Shown here piece after piece: positions 26,430 to 36,378 of a stretch of DNA of 64,000 nt (its first letter is position 1; every line of letters begins with the position of its first letter). The notes under the pieces are model-generated. The model saw nothing but the letters and a program-made list of their open reading frames with translations. It was not told where the DNA came from and made no database searches. Source of the DNA: a virus (taxonomy: Duplodnaviria > Caudoviricetes). The position numbers and the translations under genes are program-made. The stretch lies in IMG/VR virus record IMGVR_UViG_2926068284_000002, positions 20,745 through 84,744 of that record. One strand, written 5' to 3'.

Positions 26430-27112
26430 TGGCAGCCCGCGAGTACGTTGGCGCGGGTGGCATGCGGGTCCTGCTCGACGAGCCGCTCGACCCGATGATG
26501 GTCGCCCAGGTGTCCCGGGGGGAACTGCGCCTGGCGGAGGACGGTGACCCGCTGCTGGACCCGGACCAGGCGGTGCTGCCGCAGGTCATCCAGCATGGTG
26601 CGGACGCCCCCGTTGCCACCTGGGTCGGGAAGAACGTGCATGGGGCTGCGGAGAAGCCGGAGCCGGGCGACCACACCGGGGCGTGGGCCACCTACGCGGT
26701 ACGCCTTGGGCTCCTCGCGACGAAGGCGTCCACCATGTCCCGCCAGCAACTGGTGGAGTGGGTTGACGCCGTCGAGGAGACCGACACGGGTGTCGTTGGC
26801 GACGCGGGCGAGGGCGCTCGCGGCCCGGAGCACGCGAGTGTCGACGGCCGCCCCAGCGAGGCGCGCGGCGACGTGCATTCGAAGTCGGAGCCCCGGACCT
26901 CCGAGGCGCCGGCCGGCGACGACGGTCCGGCGGCGGACCTGCCGAAGAAGCCTGCGGCGAACGCGAAGGTCGACACCTGGCGGGAGTACGCCATCGCCTT
27001 GGGCATGGACCCGGATGAGGCGAAGGACGCCACCAAGCAGGAGTGCCAGGACTACGCCCAGGTCGTCGAGGACGCCCGCGAGGACAGTGCCCAGACCGAG
27101 GGCCAGGAGTAG
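26429..27112 (+). CDS. Hypothetical virion-associated protein with duplicated helical domain
   Basis: Two copies of KP......W..YA..LG.....A.... Confidence 0.6.
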   Translation: MAAREYVGAGGMRVLLDEPLDPMMVAQVSRGELRLAEDGDPLLDPDQAVLPQVIQHGADAPVATWVGKNVHGAAEKPEPGDHTGAWATYAVRLGLLATKASTMSRQQLVEWVDAVEETDTGVVGDAGEGARGPEHASVDGRPSEARGDVHSKSEPRTSEAPAGDDGPAADLPKKPAANAKVDTWREYAIALGMDPDEAKDATKQECQDYAQVVEDAREDSAQTEGQE

Positions 27113-27115
27113 CCG

Positions 27116-27487
27116 GTGCCCTACGCGACCGTCCCCGACCTTGCCGCGTGGCTGGCCCCCGAGCCGGCCCCGCCGAATGCTGTGCGCCTGCTGACTCTGG
27201 CGTCGCAGCGGGTCGACCGTGCCCTTCTGGGGGCGTGGTACGACCCTGCTGACGCCGAGGTTGTGGAGGTGTTGCGGCAGGCGGCGGTCCAGCAGGTGCA
27301 TTGGATGCTGGAGCGGGGTGACGAGACTGAGGCCCAGTCGGACTTGCAGTCGATGTCGACGGGGATCAGGTCGTTCTCGAAGCGGGCGCTGCGGGACGGC
27401 GAGCAGACGCAGAAGCTTGCCGCGTCGGTGGTGGATCTGCTGCGCACCTGTGGTCTGTTTCGGTTCGATCCGCTGGTGGTGGGCTGA
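27116..27487 (+). CDS. Head-tail adaptor
   Basis: MPYATVPDL...LL..AS..VD; position. Confidence 0.75.
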   Translation: MPYATVPDLAAWLAPEPAPPNAVRLLTLASQRVDRALLGAWYDPADAEVVEVLRQAAVQQVHWMLERGDETEAQSDLQSMSTGIRSFSKRALRDGEQTQKLAASVVDLLRTCGLFRFDPLVVG

Positions 27488-27825
27488 TGCCGGGCCACAT
27501 CGGACGCCAAACCGTGGTGCTCGTCGATGCGCCGCTGGTCGCCGGGGACTACAACACCGTGGTTCGGGACTGGGCGCACGCCACCCGCACACCGGTGTAC
27601 GGGTGCACCGTCGACTACGCGTCGTCCACGGAGTCGAAGGAAGCCAAGGACCAGACGGTCACCGCAGCGCAACTGTGCATGCCTCGCCGCGCGCCATGGG
27701 TGTCGGAGTGGCAGCGCGTTGAGTGGGACGGCCGTACCTGGGAGGTCGACGGGGTTCCGCTGGATGTTCAGGAGGCTGGTCCGCTGTCGGGGCAGACGGT
27801 GCGCCTGCTGGAGGTGGCGGGATGA
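27487..27825 (+). CDS. Head closure/stopper protein
   Basis: RVEWDGRTWEVDG; position. Confidence 0.7.
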   Translation: MPGHIGRQTVVLVDAPLVAGDYNTVVRDWAHATRTPVYGCTVDYASSTESKEAKDQTVTAAQLCMPRRAPWVSEWQRVEWDGRTWEVDGVPLDVQEAGPLSGQTVRLLEVAG

Positions 27826-28157
27826 GCCGCATCCGTATCGACCTCGATGAGGACGCCATTGCCGACCTGGTCCACGACCCGGCGGTCCGGGCCGACATGG
27901 CGGCCCGTGCGGACGCAGTGGTCGCCGCGGCAAAGCTGTCCGCCCCGGTCGACACCGGCCTGTACCGGGACACCATCCACCGCGTCGACCTTCCCGACCC
28001 GGATACGGGGGCGGTGCATGTGGATGCCCCGGTCCACTACGCGGTCTACGTGGAGTACGGCACCCGGCAGACCGACCGTAACGGCCGCCGTATTCATCTG
28101 CCTCAGCACGTGCTGGGCAACGCTCTCGACGCCGCAGGAGGCAACCACCATGTCTGA
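27822..28157 (+). CDS. HK97 gp10-like tail completion protein
   Basis: APVDTGLYRDTI...YAVYVEYGT. Confidence 0.85.
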   Translation: MSRIRIDLDEDAIADLVHDPAVRADMAARADAVVAAAKLSAPVDTGLYRDTIHRVDLPDPDTGAVHVDAPVHYAVYVEYGTRQTDRNGRRIHLPQHVLGNALDAAGGNHHV

Positions 28158-28353
28158 CGCCGTGAAGATGAAGCTCACGTTCTGGCGTGGCGACAAGAAG
28201 CCCGGCGACACCGTCGACGTCCCCGCCGACGAGGTCCACCGCTGGAAGGGCTTCGCCGAAGTCGTCGACAAGAAGGGCGACGACGCCGCCAAGACCGCCG
28301 GGGAGAAGAACCCCACGACCGGCAACGTGCCGCAGAAGGCCGCAGGCAAGTAG
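28150..28353 (+). CDS. Small structural/hypothetical protein
   Basis: ggagg RBS; KPGDTVDV. Confidence 0.6.
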   Translation: MSDAVKMKLTFWRGDKKPGDTVDVPADEVHRWKGFAEVVDKKGDDAAKTAGEKNPTTGNVPQKAAGK

Positions 28354-28355
28354 CC

Positions 28356-28784
28356 ATGGCCGCACTGGTCCTGCCCGACGCCAAGCAGATCGCCGTCGAC
28401 CTGCTCGCCGCCGCCATGCCCGGCGTGCGGGTGGCCTCGAAGCTCCCCGAGGGCAAGGCGTTCGACGCCGCGCTCCCGCTCGTCAGAGTGCTCCGTGTCG
28501 GCGGGACCAGCGACATGCGCGGCTGGTCCGACCCTGCCACGCGGGACCGGCCCCGGTTCTCCGTCGACTGCTACGACACCACCGAAGGCGCGGCTATGCG
28601 CCTCGCGCTGCGCGTGCGGGCCGAGTGGGAACTGCTGCCGGGCCGGCCCACCGCTGACGGGATCGTCGCCGGGATCTCCGAGGAGACCGGCCCGCAAGAC
28701 CGACCAGAAGAGCCCAACACCGGCATCAGCCGTGTCGGCATGATCCTGGGGATGAGCGTCCGCCCACCCCTCCCGAACAGCTAG
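28356..28784 (+). CDS. Tail terminator
   Basis: LPLVRVLRVGG...PRFSVDCY; precedes the tail tube gene. Confidence 0.75.
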   Translation: MAALVLPDAKQIAVDLLAAAMPGVRVASKLPEGKAFDAALPLVRVLRVGGTSDMRGWSDPATRDRPRFSVDCYDTTEGAAMRLALRVRAEWELLPGRPTADGIVAGISEETGPQDRPEEPNTGISRVGMILGMSVRPPLPNS

Positions 28785-28794
28785 GAGGCCCGTC

Positions 28795-29385
28795 GTGGGC
28801 GACTCGACCAACATCATCGTGGCCACAGCGGGCAAGGCGTATGCGGCCCCCGTCGGCAGCACGTTCCCCCTCGGCCCCGAACTCGCCTGGGGCACCGACT
28901 TCGTCGACATGGGCTTCATCACCCCGGACGGCCTGGAGGAGGCCATGGCGGAGGAGCGCACCCAGCTCGACGCCTGGGGCGAAGACGCCCCCGTCGTCGA
29001 CCTCGCGAAGAAGCGCACCCAGACGTTCAAGCTCACGTTCCGGGAGACCACCGCCCAGCTGCTGTCCCTGTACTACCAGGTGCAGATGTCGAAGATGACG
29101 AGCACCCCGGCGGCGGTGGGTCCGCCGGCGAAGAAGCAGTTCATCAGCTTCGGGTCCGGCAGCACGCAGGACACGGTGGAGATCGCCCTCGGCCTGGACG
29201 TCATCTACGGCGGCAAGCGCCACCGCATCATGATCGCCCGCTGCGGCGTGTCCGACCGTGGCGCCCGCAAGCACTCGGCGGAAGACAGCTCCAACTACGA
29301 GCTGACCTTCACCGCGCTCAGCGCCCCGGGTGGCGCCCAGTCCGTCCAGCACATGATCACCGACGTGGCGCTCCCCGAGGACTAA
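28795..29385 (+). CDS. Major tail tube protein
   Basis: APVGS..P...DMGFITPDG...YELTFTA. Confidence 0.85.
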   Translation: MGDSTNIIVATAGKAYAAPVGSTFPLGPELAWGTDFVDMGFITPDGLEEAMAEERTQLDAWGEDAPVVDLAKKRTQTFKLTFRETTAQLLSLYYQVQMSKMTSTPAAVGPPAKKQFISFGSGSTQDTVEIALGLDVIYGGKRHRIMIARCGVSDRGARKHSAEDSSNYELTFTALSAPGGAQSVQHMITDVALPED

Positions 29386-29489
29386 CCCCCCGACTGGTGG
29401 TCCGTCGCGCTCCAACCCTGGGCGGGGGCGGCACGACGGGCCACCTGCAAGCCCCCGCCCCGCCCCTGCCCAAGTAAGGAACCCACACC

Positions 29490-29903
29490 ATGTCCAAGCC
29501 CAACCGCAAGGTCATCCGGCTGCAGCAGATGCGCGCCCAGCGCGCCTCCGCCGCCAAGGTCCAGTTCCTCGACGTCGTCTTCGAGAACGCCGACGGCATC
29601 GAGGAGACCTGCAGCTTCCCCGTGCAGGACAACTGGCCCCTGGAGGTCATCGAAGAGGTTGAGGAGAAGGGCGGCAACGCCAACCTCAACGTCCTCCGAG
29701 AGATCGCCCGACCCAAGGACGCCTTCGACCGGCTGGTGTCCGTCGCCAAGCTCACCGTAGGCGAACTCAAGGACATCCTCGACGAGATGGACGGGGAGGC
29801 AGGCACCACCCAGGGGGAAGACTCTGGCTCCTCCAGCTCCTCCGAGAGCATCCAGGAGCCGTCCGCGCCGACCTCCAGCGGTACTACCCAGGCCGCCGCA
29901 TAG
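29490..29903 (+). CDS. Tail assembly chaperone (G)
   Basis: Between tube and tape measure genes; slippery G GGG GAA at 29813-29819. Confidence 0.85.
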   Translation: MSKPNRKVIRLQQMRAQRASAAKVQFLDVVFENADGIEETCSFPVQDNWPLEVIEEVEEKGGNANLNVLREIARPKDAFDRLVSVAKLTVGELKDILDEMDGEAGTTQGEDSGSSSSSESIQEPSAPTSSGTTQAAA

Positions 29904-30307
29904 AGGAGGTCTGGGCCATGTCCTGGGGGGAGGGGTCCATGACCTGGGCGGAACTCCGGGACCTGGTCGAGCACCTGCCGGAGGACTCCGCGACGAAGGC
30001 CGCCACCGCCGGGGACTTGGACGGGCGCCGGTGGACACAGGGCACCTACCTGCAAGCCGCCCAGTACAACGCCCTCCTCCTCATGATCCGGGTCCTGTGG
30101 GCCGCCCACCTCAAAGGCGACCCGCCGGACATGCCGCCGGTCGAGTCCCCGGCCACAGCGGTTGACGAGCGGCAAGCCGAACTCGAAGCCGCCGGGACGG
30201 CCTACTCCGAGGCAGTCCTCAACCAGTTCTCACCCGGCGCCCAGGCCGATCAAGCGGAGATCGACCACTGGGCCAGCAAGCTCCGCGAACTCGAAGCAGC
30301 ACCGTAG
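29813..30307 (+). CDS. Tail assembly chaperone (GT) -1 frameshift extension
   Basis: -1 frame open from the slip site (GGRLWLLQLLREHPGAVRADLQRYY...) through ORF 29918-30307. Confidence 0.8.
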   Translation, partial: GGRLWLLQLLREHPGAVRADLQRYYPGRRIEEVWAMSWGEGSMTWAELRDLVEHLPEDSATKAATAGDLDGRRWTQGTYLQAAQYNALLLMIRVLWAAHLKGDPPDMPPVESPATAVDERQAELEAAGTAYSEAVLNQFSPGAQADQAEIDHWASKLRELEAAP

Positions 30308-30321
30308 GAGGGGAGGGCAGC

Positions 30322-33300
30322 ATGGCCGAGCCGACACTCGTCGGGTCCACCCGGGTCTCCGTCATCCCAGACACGACCCAGTTCGGCGACCGGCTCCGTG
30401 TCGAGCTGCCCTCCGCGATCCGCCAGCCCGCCAAGCTCGCCGGCGAAGTCGCTGGTGACCAGATCCTCGACGGGATCCGCCGGAAGCTCGCCGCCGCCAC
30501 CCCCACCGTGCGAGTTGGTGTTGACCTCCTGACGACGGTGGCCGAGGCCAAGCTCACCAAGCTCACCAAGGCGCGCACCCTCAAGGTGACCGCCGAGCTC
30601 GACGACAAGGCCGCCACCACCGCCCTGACCCGCCTCACCCGCGACCGCACGGTCAAGGTCCGGGCCGAGCTCGACGACACCGCCGCCCGAACCGCACTCG
30701 GCAAACTCACCGACCAGCGGACCGTCAAAGTCACCGCACAGCTCGACGACACCGCGGCGAAGGCGGCACTCGGGAAGCTGACCGCCGACCGCACCATCAG
30801 GCTCACCGCCCGCGTCGACAGCACCGCAGCCGAGCTGGCGTTGGGGAAGCTGACCCGGGACAGTGCCGTCGACATCACCGTCTCCGCGAAGATCAACGAT
30901 GCGGCGTACAAGCGAGTTGAGAGAGCCCTCGACAAGTTGACCGCCGACCGGTTCGTCCAGCTCCGGGCCACCCTCGACACCAGGGTTGCCGCGAACGAAC
31001 TCCGTGGCCTCACCCAGCGTCAGCGTGTCCGTCTCGGTGTCGACGTTGACACCCGGGTCGCCGCGAACGACTTGGCCAACCTCACCCGGCGGCGCACTGC
31101 CCGCATCGCCGCTCACGCCGACACCGCCGCAGCGAACACGGCGCTCAACCACGCCGCGCGCGACCGCACCGTCAACATCCGCACCCGCATTCTCGGGCTC
31201 GCCGGAATCACCAACGCTCTTGGAGGCTTCGGTGGGAGCGGCGGCAACGCCGCCGCTCAGGCAGGCATCCTCTCCGGGCGCATAGCAAAGATTGCCGCTG
31301 CGGCGTTCCTGGCCACACCACAGCTCTCCGCGATGGGGTCAGCGGTCGGGCAGCTCGGGCCGCTCGCCGCCGTCGCAGCCCCCGGCGTCCTCACTCTCGC
31401 CACGGCCTTCGGCGCCATCAAACTGGGCACATCGGGGGTCGGCGACGCCATCAAGGCTGCTCTCAACCCCGCCCCCGCCGAAGCGAAGGCTGCGGTCACT
31501 GCGACCCGGCAGGTCGAAACCGCCCAGCGGTCCCTCGCCAACGCGCAGCGCGGTGTTGCCGACGCTGAGCGCAACCTGTCCCAAGCCCAACGTGCCGCCC
31601 GGCAAGCCCAAGCGGACCTGTCCGCCGCCCGACGGCAGGCCATCCGCGACCTAGAGGACATGAACCAGCGGCTCCGCCAAGGTGCCCTGGACCAGAAGCA
31701 GGCTGCGCTCGACATCGAGCAAGCCGAACTCGACCTCGCCAAGACCCGCTCCGACCCCACCGCCACCCAACTCCAGATCCAGCAGGCCAACCTTGCGGTA
31801 GAGCGGGCACGGGCGGCGGCCGAGGAGCAGTCGAGGCAGCAGAAACGCCTCCAGGTCGACACGGCCGCGGCGAACAAGGCCGGCGTGTCGGGCTCGGACG
31901 CGGTGGTGCAGGCGCAAGAACGAATCCGGGCGGCGAACGAGCAGGTCGCCGAGCAGCAGCGCGGCCTGGCCGACGCCCACCAGGCAGTCGCCGACGCCAC
32001 TAGGGCTGTTGCCGACGCCCAGCAGAGCGCAGCCACGCAGACCACCAAGCTCGACACCGCCATCTCGAAGCTCAGCCCCAACGCCCGCAGCTTCGTCAAC
32101 ATCCTCAAAGAGATGGCCCCCGCTTGGCGGGCGATGAAGCTCGACGTCCAGGACGCCCTGTTCGACGGGCTCGGCACCCGCCTTCAGACTGTCGGCACCC
32201 GCATCCTGCCCGCCGTTCGGGCCGGATTCGTCGGGGCTGCCAGCGAGCTTGGCGCCATGGGGCGGAACGCGCTCACTGCCGTCGGCAACCTGGAGAAGTC
32301 CGGGCAGCTTAAGGGCACGTTCGATGTCATCCGTAACGGGCTCGGCAACATCAACAAGATCCCTGGCCAGATCGTCACCGGCCTGTCCCAGCTCACCATC
32401 GCCGCAGGGCCCGCCTGGGACCGCATCACGGGCGGCGCCGGCGAAGCCATGGACCGGGCCATGGACAAGCTCGCCAAGGGCCTGGAGAACGGGCGCCTCG
32501 AAGAGGCCATCAACACCGCCCTCGACGTCGCGGTCCAGTTCGGGGGAGTCCTGGCGGACCTGGGTGGCATCATCAAGAACGTCTTCGGGGCGGCGGCCGA
32601 CGGGGGCGGCGACTTCTTTGCCGTCTTCGGGGCGGCGCTGGAGGAGATTCGCCGGGTCACCGCACTGCCGGAGATTCAGGCAGCACTCAAGGCGATCTTC
32701 GGGGCTGTGCAGGCTATCGCCGGACTCATCGCCGGAACGCTCGGTGCGGTCCTCCAGGCGGTCCTGCCGCTCCTCGCGGCCCTGGCCCCGACGATCACCG
32801 CCCTGGCCAAGGCGCTTGGCCCCGTCCTGGCCCAGCTCGCCCAGACTCTCGGCGAAGCACTCATGCCGATCATCACGGCCCTGCTGCCCGTCATCGACAT
32901 GATCGGCCAAGGGCTCATCGCGGTAGTCACCGCCCTGATGCCGCTGCTCAAGCCCATCGGCGACCTGCTCACGGCGATCATCACCGCGCTCGCCCCCGTG
33001 CTGGCGGTCATTGCTGAGGTGATCGTCGAAGTCGTGGGTGCGCTCGTCGGCCCGCTGACGTCGGTCATCACGTCGCTGATTCCCATTGTGGAGCTGATCG
33101 GCGGTCTGATCGGCGACGTCCTCATGGCGCTGATGCCTGCCATCACTCCGCTGATCGCGCTCGTCGGCCAACTGGCGGCAACCTTCGCCGGGGTGTTCGT
33201 CCAGGCTATTCAGGCGCTCATGCCCGCGATCATGCCGCTGGTGCCGGTGATCGTGCAGATCGTCACGATCCTCGCCCAGCTCCTCACCGCGGTGCTGACG

Positions 33301-36300
33301 CCCCTCGCTCCGATCATCACCCAGTTCGCCGGCCTGTTCGGGCAGCTTCTGACGGTGGCGATTGGGGCCCTCGCCCCCATCATCAAGATCGTCGCCGACA
33401 CGTTCGCACAGTTGTTGCCCGCGTTGCAGCCCTTGTTCCCGATCATCGGGCAGCTGGTGGGCGCCGTCGGACAACTCCTTGCCCCGCTCCTCGGCTTGGT
33501 GACGCTCGCCCTGCGCCCCCTCCTGGCAGTCGTCGGGTTTGTCGCCGGGCTCCTCGTCAAGGGCCTCGGGGCCGCACTGGCGTTCCTCATCCCGATCGTC
33601 GTGAAGGTGCTGGGGTGGATCGCACAGCTCGCCACGATCGTAGGGAAGGTCGTCAAGGGCATCGTCGCCGGGTTCAAGTGGCTGTTCGACGTCCTCCTCG
33701 GCCACAGCATCATCCCCGACATCGCACGCGGCGCAGTGCGATGGTTCACCGACCTCAAGGACAAAGCACTCCGGATCTTCACGTGGGTCAAGGACGGGAT
33801 CCGCGACAAATGGGCCGAGCTCTGGGGGAACGTCAAGCGCACCGCCACCGCCGCCTGGGCCCTGGTCCGTCGGGGCTTCGACACCTTCGCCGAAGGGCTC
33901 ACAAGCGCATTCGACGGAGTGAAGAGAGGCATCGGAAAGATCTGGGACGGGCTCAAAGCCCTCGTCAAAGCCCCCATCAAGTTCTGGATCGACGTCGTCT
34001 ACAACAGAGGCATCGTCTCCGTCTGGAACAAGACCGCAGCGAAAATCCCCGGTGTCCCCGACCTCAAGCCGATGAGCATGCCAAAGGGCTTCGCCCGCGG
34101 CGGGATCCTCCCCGGCCAGTCGTCGTGGCGGCAGGGCGACGACCAGCTGGTGCCCATGCGCCGCGGCGAGGGCGTGTACGTCTCCGAGGCGATGCGCGAC
34201 CCGTATGAGCGGGCCCGGCTCCACGCCGTCAACCAAGCCGCCATGCGCGGCCAGTCCCTCCGCCAGTTCCGTGGGTTCGCGGAGGGCGGCATCTTCGACG
34301 GCATCACCAACGCCGTCGGCAGCGTCCTCTCCAAGGGCGCCGATGTTGCTCGGGGTGGTCTCGCCGACCTGGCCGAGTCCGCGTTCTCCCCGGTGAAGAA
34401 GGGCATCATCAAAGCCCTGGGGAAGAACAAGTCCGGCTGGCCCGGCATGATCGCCCAAGCCCCGATCGGGCTGATCGACAAGGCCATCAACTACATTCGC
34501 GGCAAGGACATCGTCGAGGGCACCGGGCAGTGGCTCAAGCCCGTTTCGGCCCCCTACGGCACCCCGTTCGGTAAGCCGGGGCTGATGTGGTCCAGCGGCC
34601 GGCACACCGGTCTCGACTTCCCGGCGAAGACTGGCACGCCGATCCGGGCGGTGGACTCCGGGGTCATCCGGCAGGCGGTCGACTCTGGGCCTTACGGCAA
34701 GCACATCGAGATCAACCACGGCAGCGGATTGTCGTCCCTGTACGCCCACATGTCGGCCATGCTCGCGAAGGCGTCGGACACGGTGAAGCGCGGCCAGCAG
34801 ATCGGCCGTGTCGGAGCCACCGGCAACACCACCGGCCCCCACCTCCACCTCGAAGCCCGCATCAACGGCAAGACCGTCGACCCCATGCGGTACCTCGACG
34901 GAGGCGAGGGTGGCAGTGGCGGTGCTGGGGTGGAGCGGTTCCGGGGTGTCGTCACCCAGGCCCTCGGGCAGGTCGGCCAGTCGCTGTCCCTCGTGAACAC
35001 GACGCTCCGCCGCATGAACCAGGAGAGCGGCGGCAACCCTCGGGCCGTCAACCGCAACGACATCAACTGGATCAACGGCACGCCCAGCGTCGGGCTCATG
35101 CAGGTCATCGAGCCGACGTTCAACGCCTACGCCGGGAAGTACCGTAAGACCGGACCCAAAATGTACGGGGTCAGCGTCGACCCGATGGCGAACATCTACG
35201 CCTCCATGCGGTACGCCCTGTCCCGCTACGGCTCCCTGTCCAGGGCGTACAACCGGCCCGGCGGATACGCCCTCGGCGGCATCGTCGGCGGCGGGATACA
35301 GATCAACACCGGGCTCCGCCGCGGCCCCGGGTACGCCACCGGCGGCATCATCCGAGTCGGCGGCAAGAGCATCGACACCGGCCCCATCGCAGCGTCAGTC
35401 GGCGCGAACTTCCTCAAGTCCCTCGCCGGAACAGCGTCCGCGATCGACAAGGCCATGACCACCGTGGCCACCGCGGTGAAGAACGCGTTCAAGGGCGTCA
35501 AGACGACCCTCGACGACCGACTCATCAAGAACCTCAACGCCCAGAACAAGACCCTCCAGAAGCTCGCCGGGCAGCGAGACGCCCTCACCGCGAAGATCGC
35601 CCAGGCCAAGGCGTTCGCCGCCGAAACCACCGCGAACGCCAGCAACTTCACCGCCCTCACCAGCCTCCCGAACTCGGGTCTCCCGTTCGGTGCGGACGGC
35701 ATCCTGTCCGGCCTGCAGGTACGCCTCGGCCAGCTCCAGTCCTTCTCGGCGAATCTGGCGACCCTCGGCAAGCGGGGCCTGTCGAAGGAATTCCTCGGGC
35801 AGCTCATCGCCGCCGGCCCGGACCAGGGCGCGCCCTACGCCGCGGCCCTGGTGAAGGCGACCGACGCCCAACTCAAGTCGATCAATGCCACTCAGGTGCA
35901 GATCGGGAAGGCCGCTACCGCCTACGGGCAGTCCGCCGCCGACGTCATGTACGACGCCGGGGCGATGTCGGGGAAGGGGTACCTGGCCGGACTGAAGGCG
36001 CAGGAGTCGGCGATCGTGAAGGCGATGGCGGACCTGGCGAAGAAGATCCAGAAGACCATCAAGGTCGAACTGCGCATCAAGTCCCCGTCGCAGGTGCTGC
36101 GAGCCCTGGGCCGGTTTACCGGGCTCGGCTATGTGGGCGGCGTCCGCGAGACCATCCCGCAGGCCGCAGCAGCCGCCGTCTCCATGGCCCGCACCGTCCG
36201 GTCCGCCGCCGCAGCCACCATGGCCCGCACCGAGGTCAGCACCGTCAACAACACCGCCGGTGACCGGATCTTGAACTACCACGCACGGACAACCGAGGTG

Positions 36301-36378
36301 GCCTCCAGGCGGAGCATCCTTGACGCGCTTGACGCCCAGGACTTGCTCCACCGCCCCGTCATGAGCGGAGCCAACTGA
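30322..36378 (+). CDS. Tape measure protein with M23 peptidase and lytic transglycosylase domains
   Basis: 2018 aa with amphipathic repeats; HTGLDF...YAHM...GPHLHLE (M23); QESGGNP...GLMQ (SLT). Confidence 0.95.
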   Translation: MAEPTLVGSTRVSVIPDTTQFGDRLRVELPSAIRQPAKLAGEVAGDQILDGIRRKLAAATPTVRVGVDLLTTVAEAKLTKLTKARTLKVTAELDDKAATTALTRLTRDRTVKVRAELDDTAARTALGKLTDQRTVKVTAQLDDTAAKAALGKLTADRTIRLTARVDSTAAELALGKLTRDSAVDITVSAKINDAAYKRVERALDKLTADRFVQLRATLDTRVAANELRGLTQRQRVRLGVDVDTRVAANDLANLTRRRTARIAAHADTAAANTALNHAARDRTVNIRTRILGLAGITNALGGFGGSGGNAAAQAGILSGRIAKIAAAAFLATPQLSAMGSAVGQLGPLAAVAAPGVLTLATAFGAIKLGTSGVGDAIKAALNPAPAEAKAAVTATRQVETAQRSLANAQRGVADAERNLSQAQRAARQAQADLSAARRQAIRDLEDMNQRLRQGALDQKQAALDIEQAELDLAKTRSDPTATQLQIQQANLAVERARAAAEEQSRQQKRLQVDTAAANKAGVSGSDAVVQAQERIRAANEQVAEQQRGLADAHQAVADATRAVADAQQSAATQTTKLDTAISKLSPNARSFVNILKEMAPAWRAMKLDVQDALFDGLGTRLQTVGTRILPAVRAGFVGAASELGAMGRNALTAVGNLEKSGQLKGTFDVIRNGLGNINKIPGQIVTGLSQLTIAAGPAWDRITGGAGEAMDRAMDKLAKGLENGRLEEAINTALDVAVQFGGVLADLGGIIKNVFGAAADGGGDFFAVFGAALEEIRRVTALPEIQAALKAIFGAVQAIAGLIAGTLGAVLQAVLPLLAALAPTITALAKALGPVLAQLAQTLGEALMPIITALLPVIDMIGQGLIAVVTALMPLLKPIGDLLTAIITALAPVLAVIAEVIVEVVGALVGPLTSVITSLIPIVELIGGLIGDVLMALMPAITPLIALVGQLAATFAGVFVQAIQALMPAIMPLVPVIVQIVTILAQLLTAVLTPLAPIITQFAGLFGQLLTVAIGALAPIIKIVADTFAQLLPALQPLFPIIGQLVGAVGQLLAPLLGLVTLALRPLLAVVGFVAGLLVKGLGAALAFLIPIVVKVLGWIAQLATIVGKVVKGIVAGFKWLFDVLLGHSIIPDIARGAVRWFTDLKDKALRIFTWVKDGIRDKWAELWGNVKRTATAAWALVRRGFDTFAEGLTSAFDGVKRGIGKIWDGLKALVKAPIKFWIDVVYNRGIVSVWNKTAAKIPGVPDLKPMSMPKGFARGGILPGQSSWRQGDDQLVPMRRGEGVYVSEAMRDPYERARLHAVNQAAMRGQSLRQFRGFAEGGIFDGITNAVGSVLSKGADVARGGLADLAESAFSPVKKGIIKALGKNKSGWPGMIAQAPIGLIDKAINYIRGKDIVEGTGQWLKPVSAPYGTPFGKPGLMWSSGRHTGLDFPAKTGTPIRAVDSGVIRQAVDSGPYGKHIEINHGSGLSSLYAHMSAMLAKASDTVKRGQQIGRVGATGNTTGPHLHLEARINGKTVDPMRYLDGGEGGSGGAGVERFRGVVTQALGQVGQSLSLVNTTLRRMNQESGGNPRAVNRNDINWINGTPSVGLMQVIEPTFNAYAGKYRKTGPKMYGVSVDPMANIYASMRYALSRYGSLSRAYNRPGGYALGGIVGGGIQINTGLRRGPGYATGGIIRVGGKSIDTGPIAASVGANFLKSLAGTASAIDKAMTTVATAVKNAFKGVKTTLDDRLIKNLNAQNKTLQKLAGQRDALTAKIAQAKAFAAETTANASNFTALTSLPNSGLPFGADGILSGLQVRLGQLQSFSANLATLGKRGLSKEFLGQLIAAGPDQGAPYAAALVKATDAQLKSINATQVQIGKAATAYGQSAADVMYDAGAMSGKGYLAGLKAQESAIVKAMADLAKKIQKTIKVELRIKSPSQVLRALGRFTGLGYVGGVRETIPQAAAAAVSMARTVRSAAAATMARTEVSTVNNTAGDRILNYHARTTEVASRRSILDALDAQDLLHRPVMSGAN

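Noticed and set aside
29813-29819. Frameshift as a novel finding or pseudogene
   Set aside because: Standard programmed -1 frameshift of tail assembly chaperones; recorded as a feature only.
31651-34848. 1065-aa minus-strand ORF and many similar long overlapping ORFs
   Set aside because: Antisense shadows of real genes, expected in high-GC DNA; no recognisable motifs.
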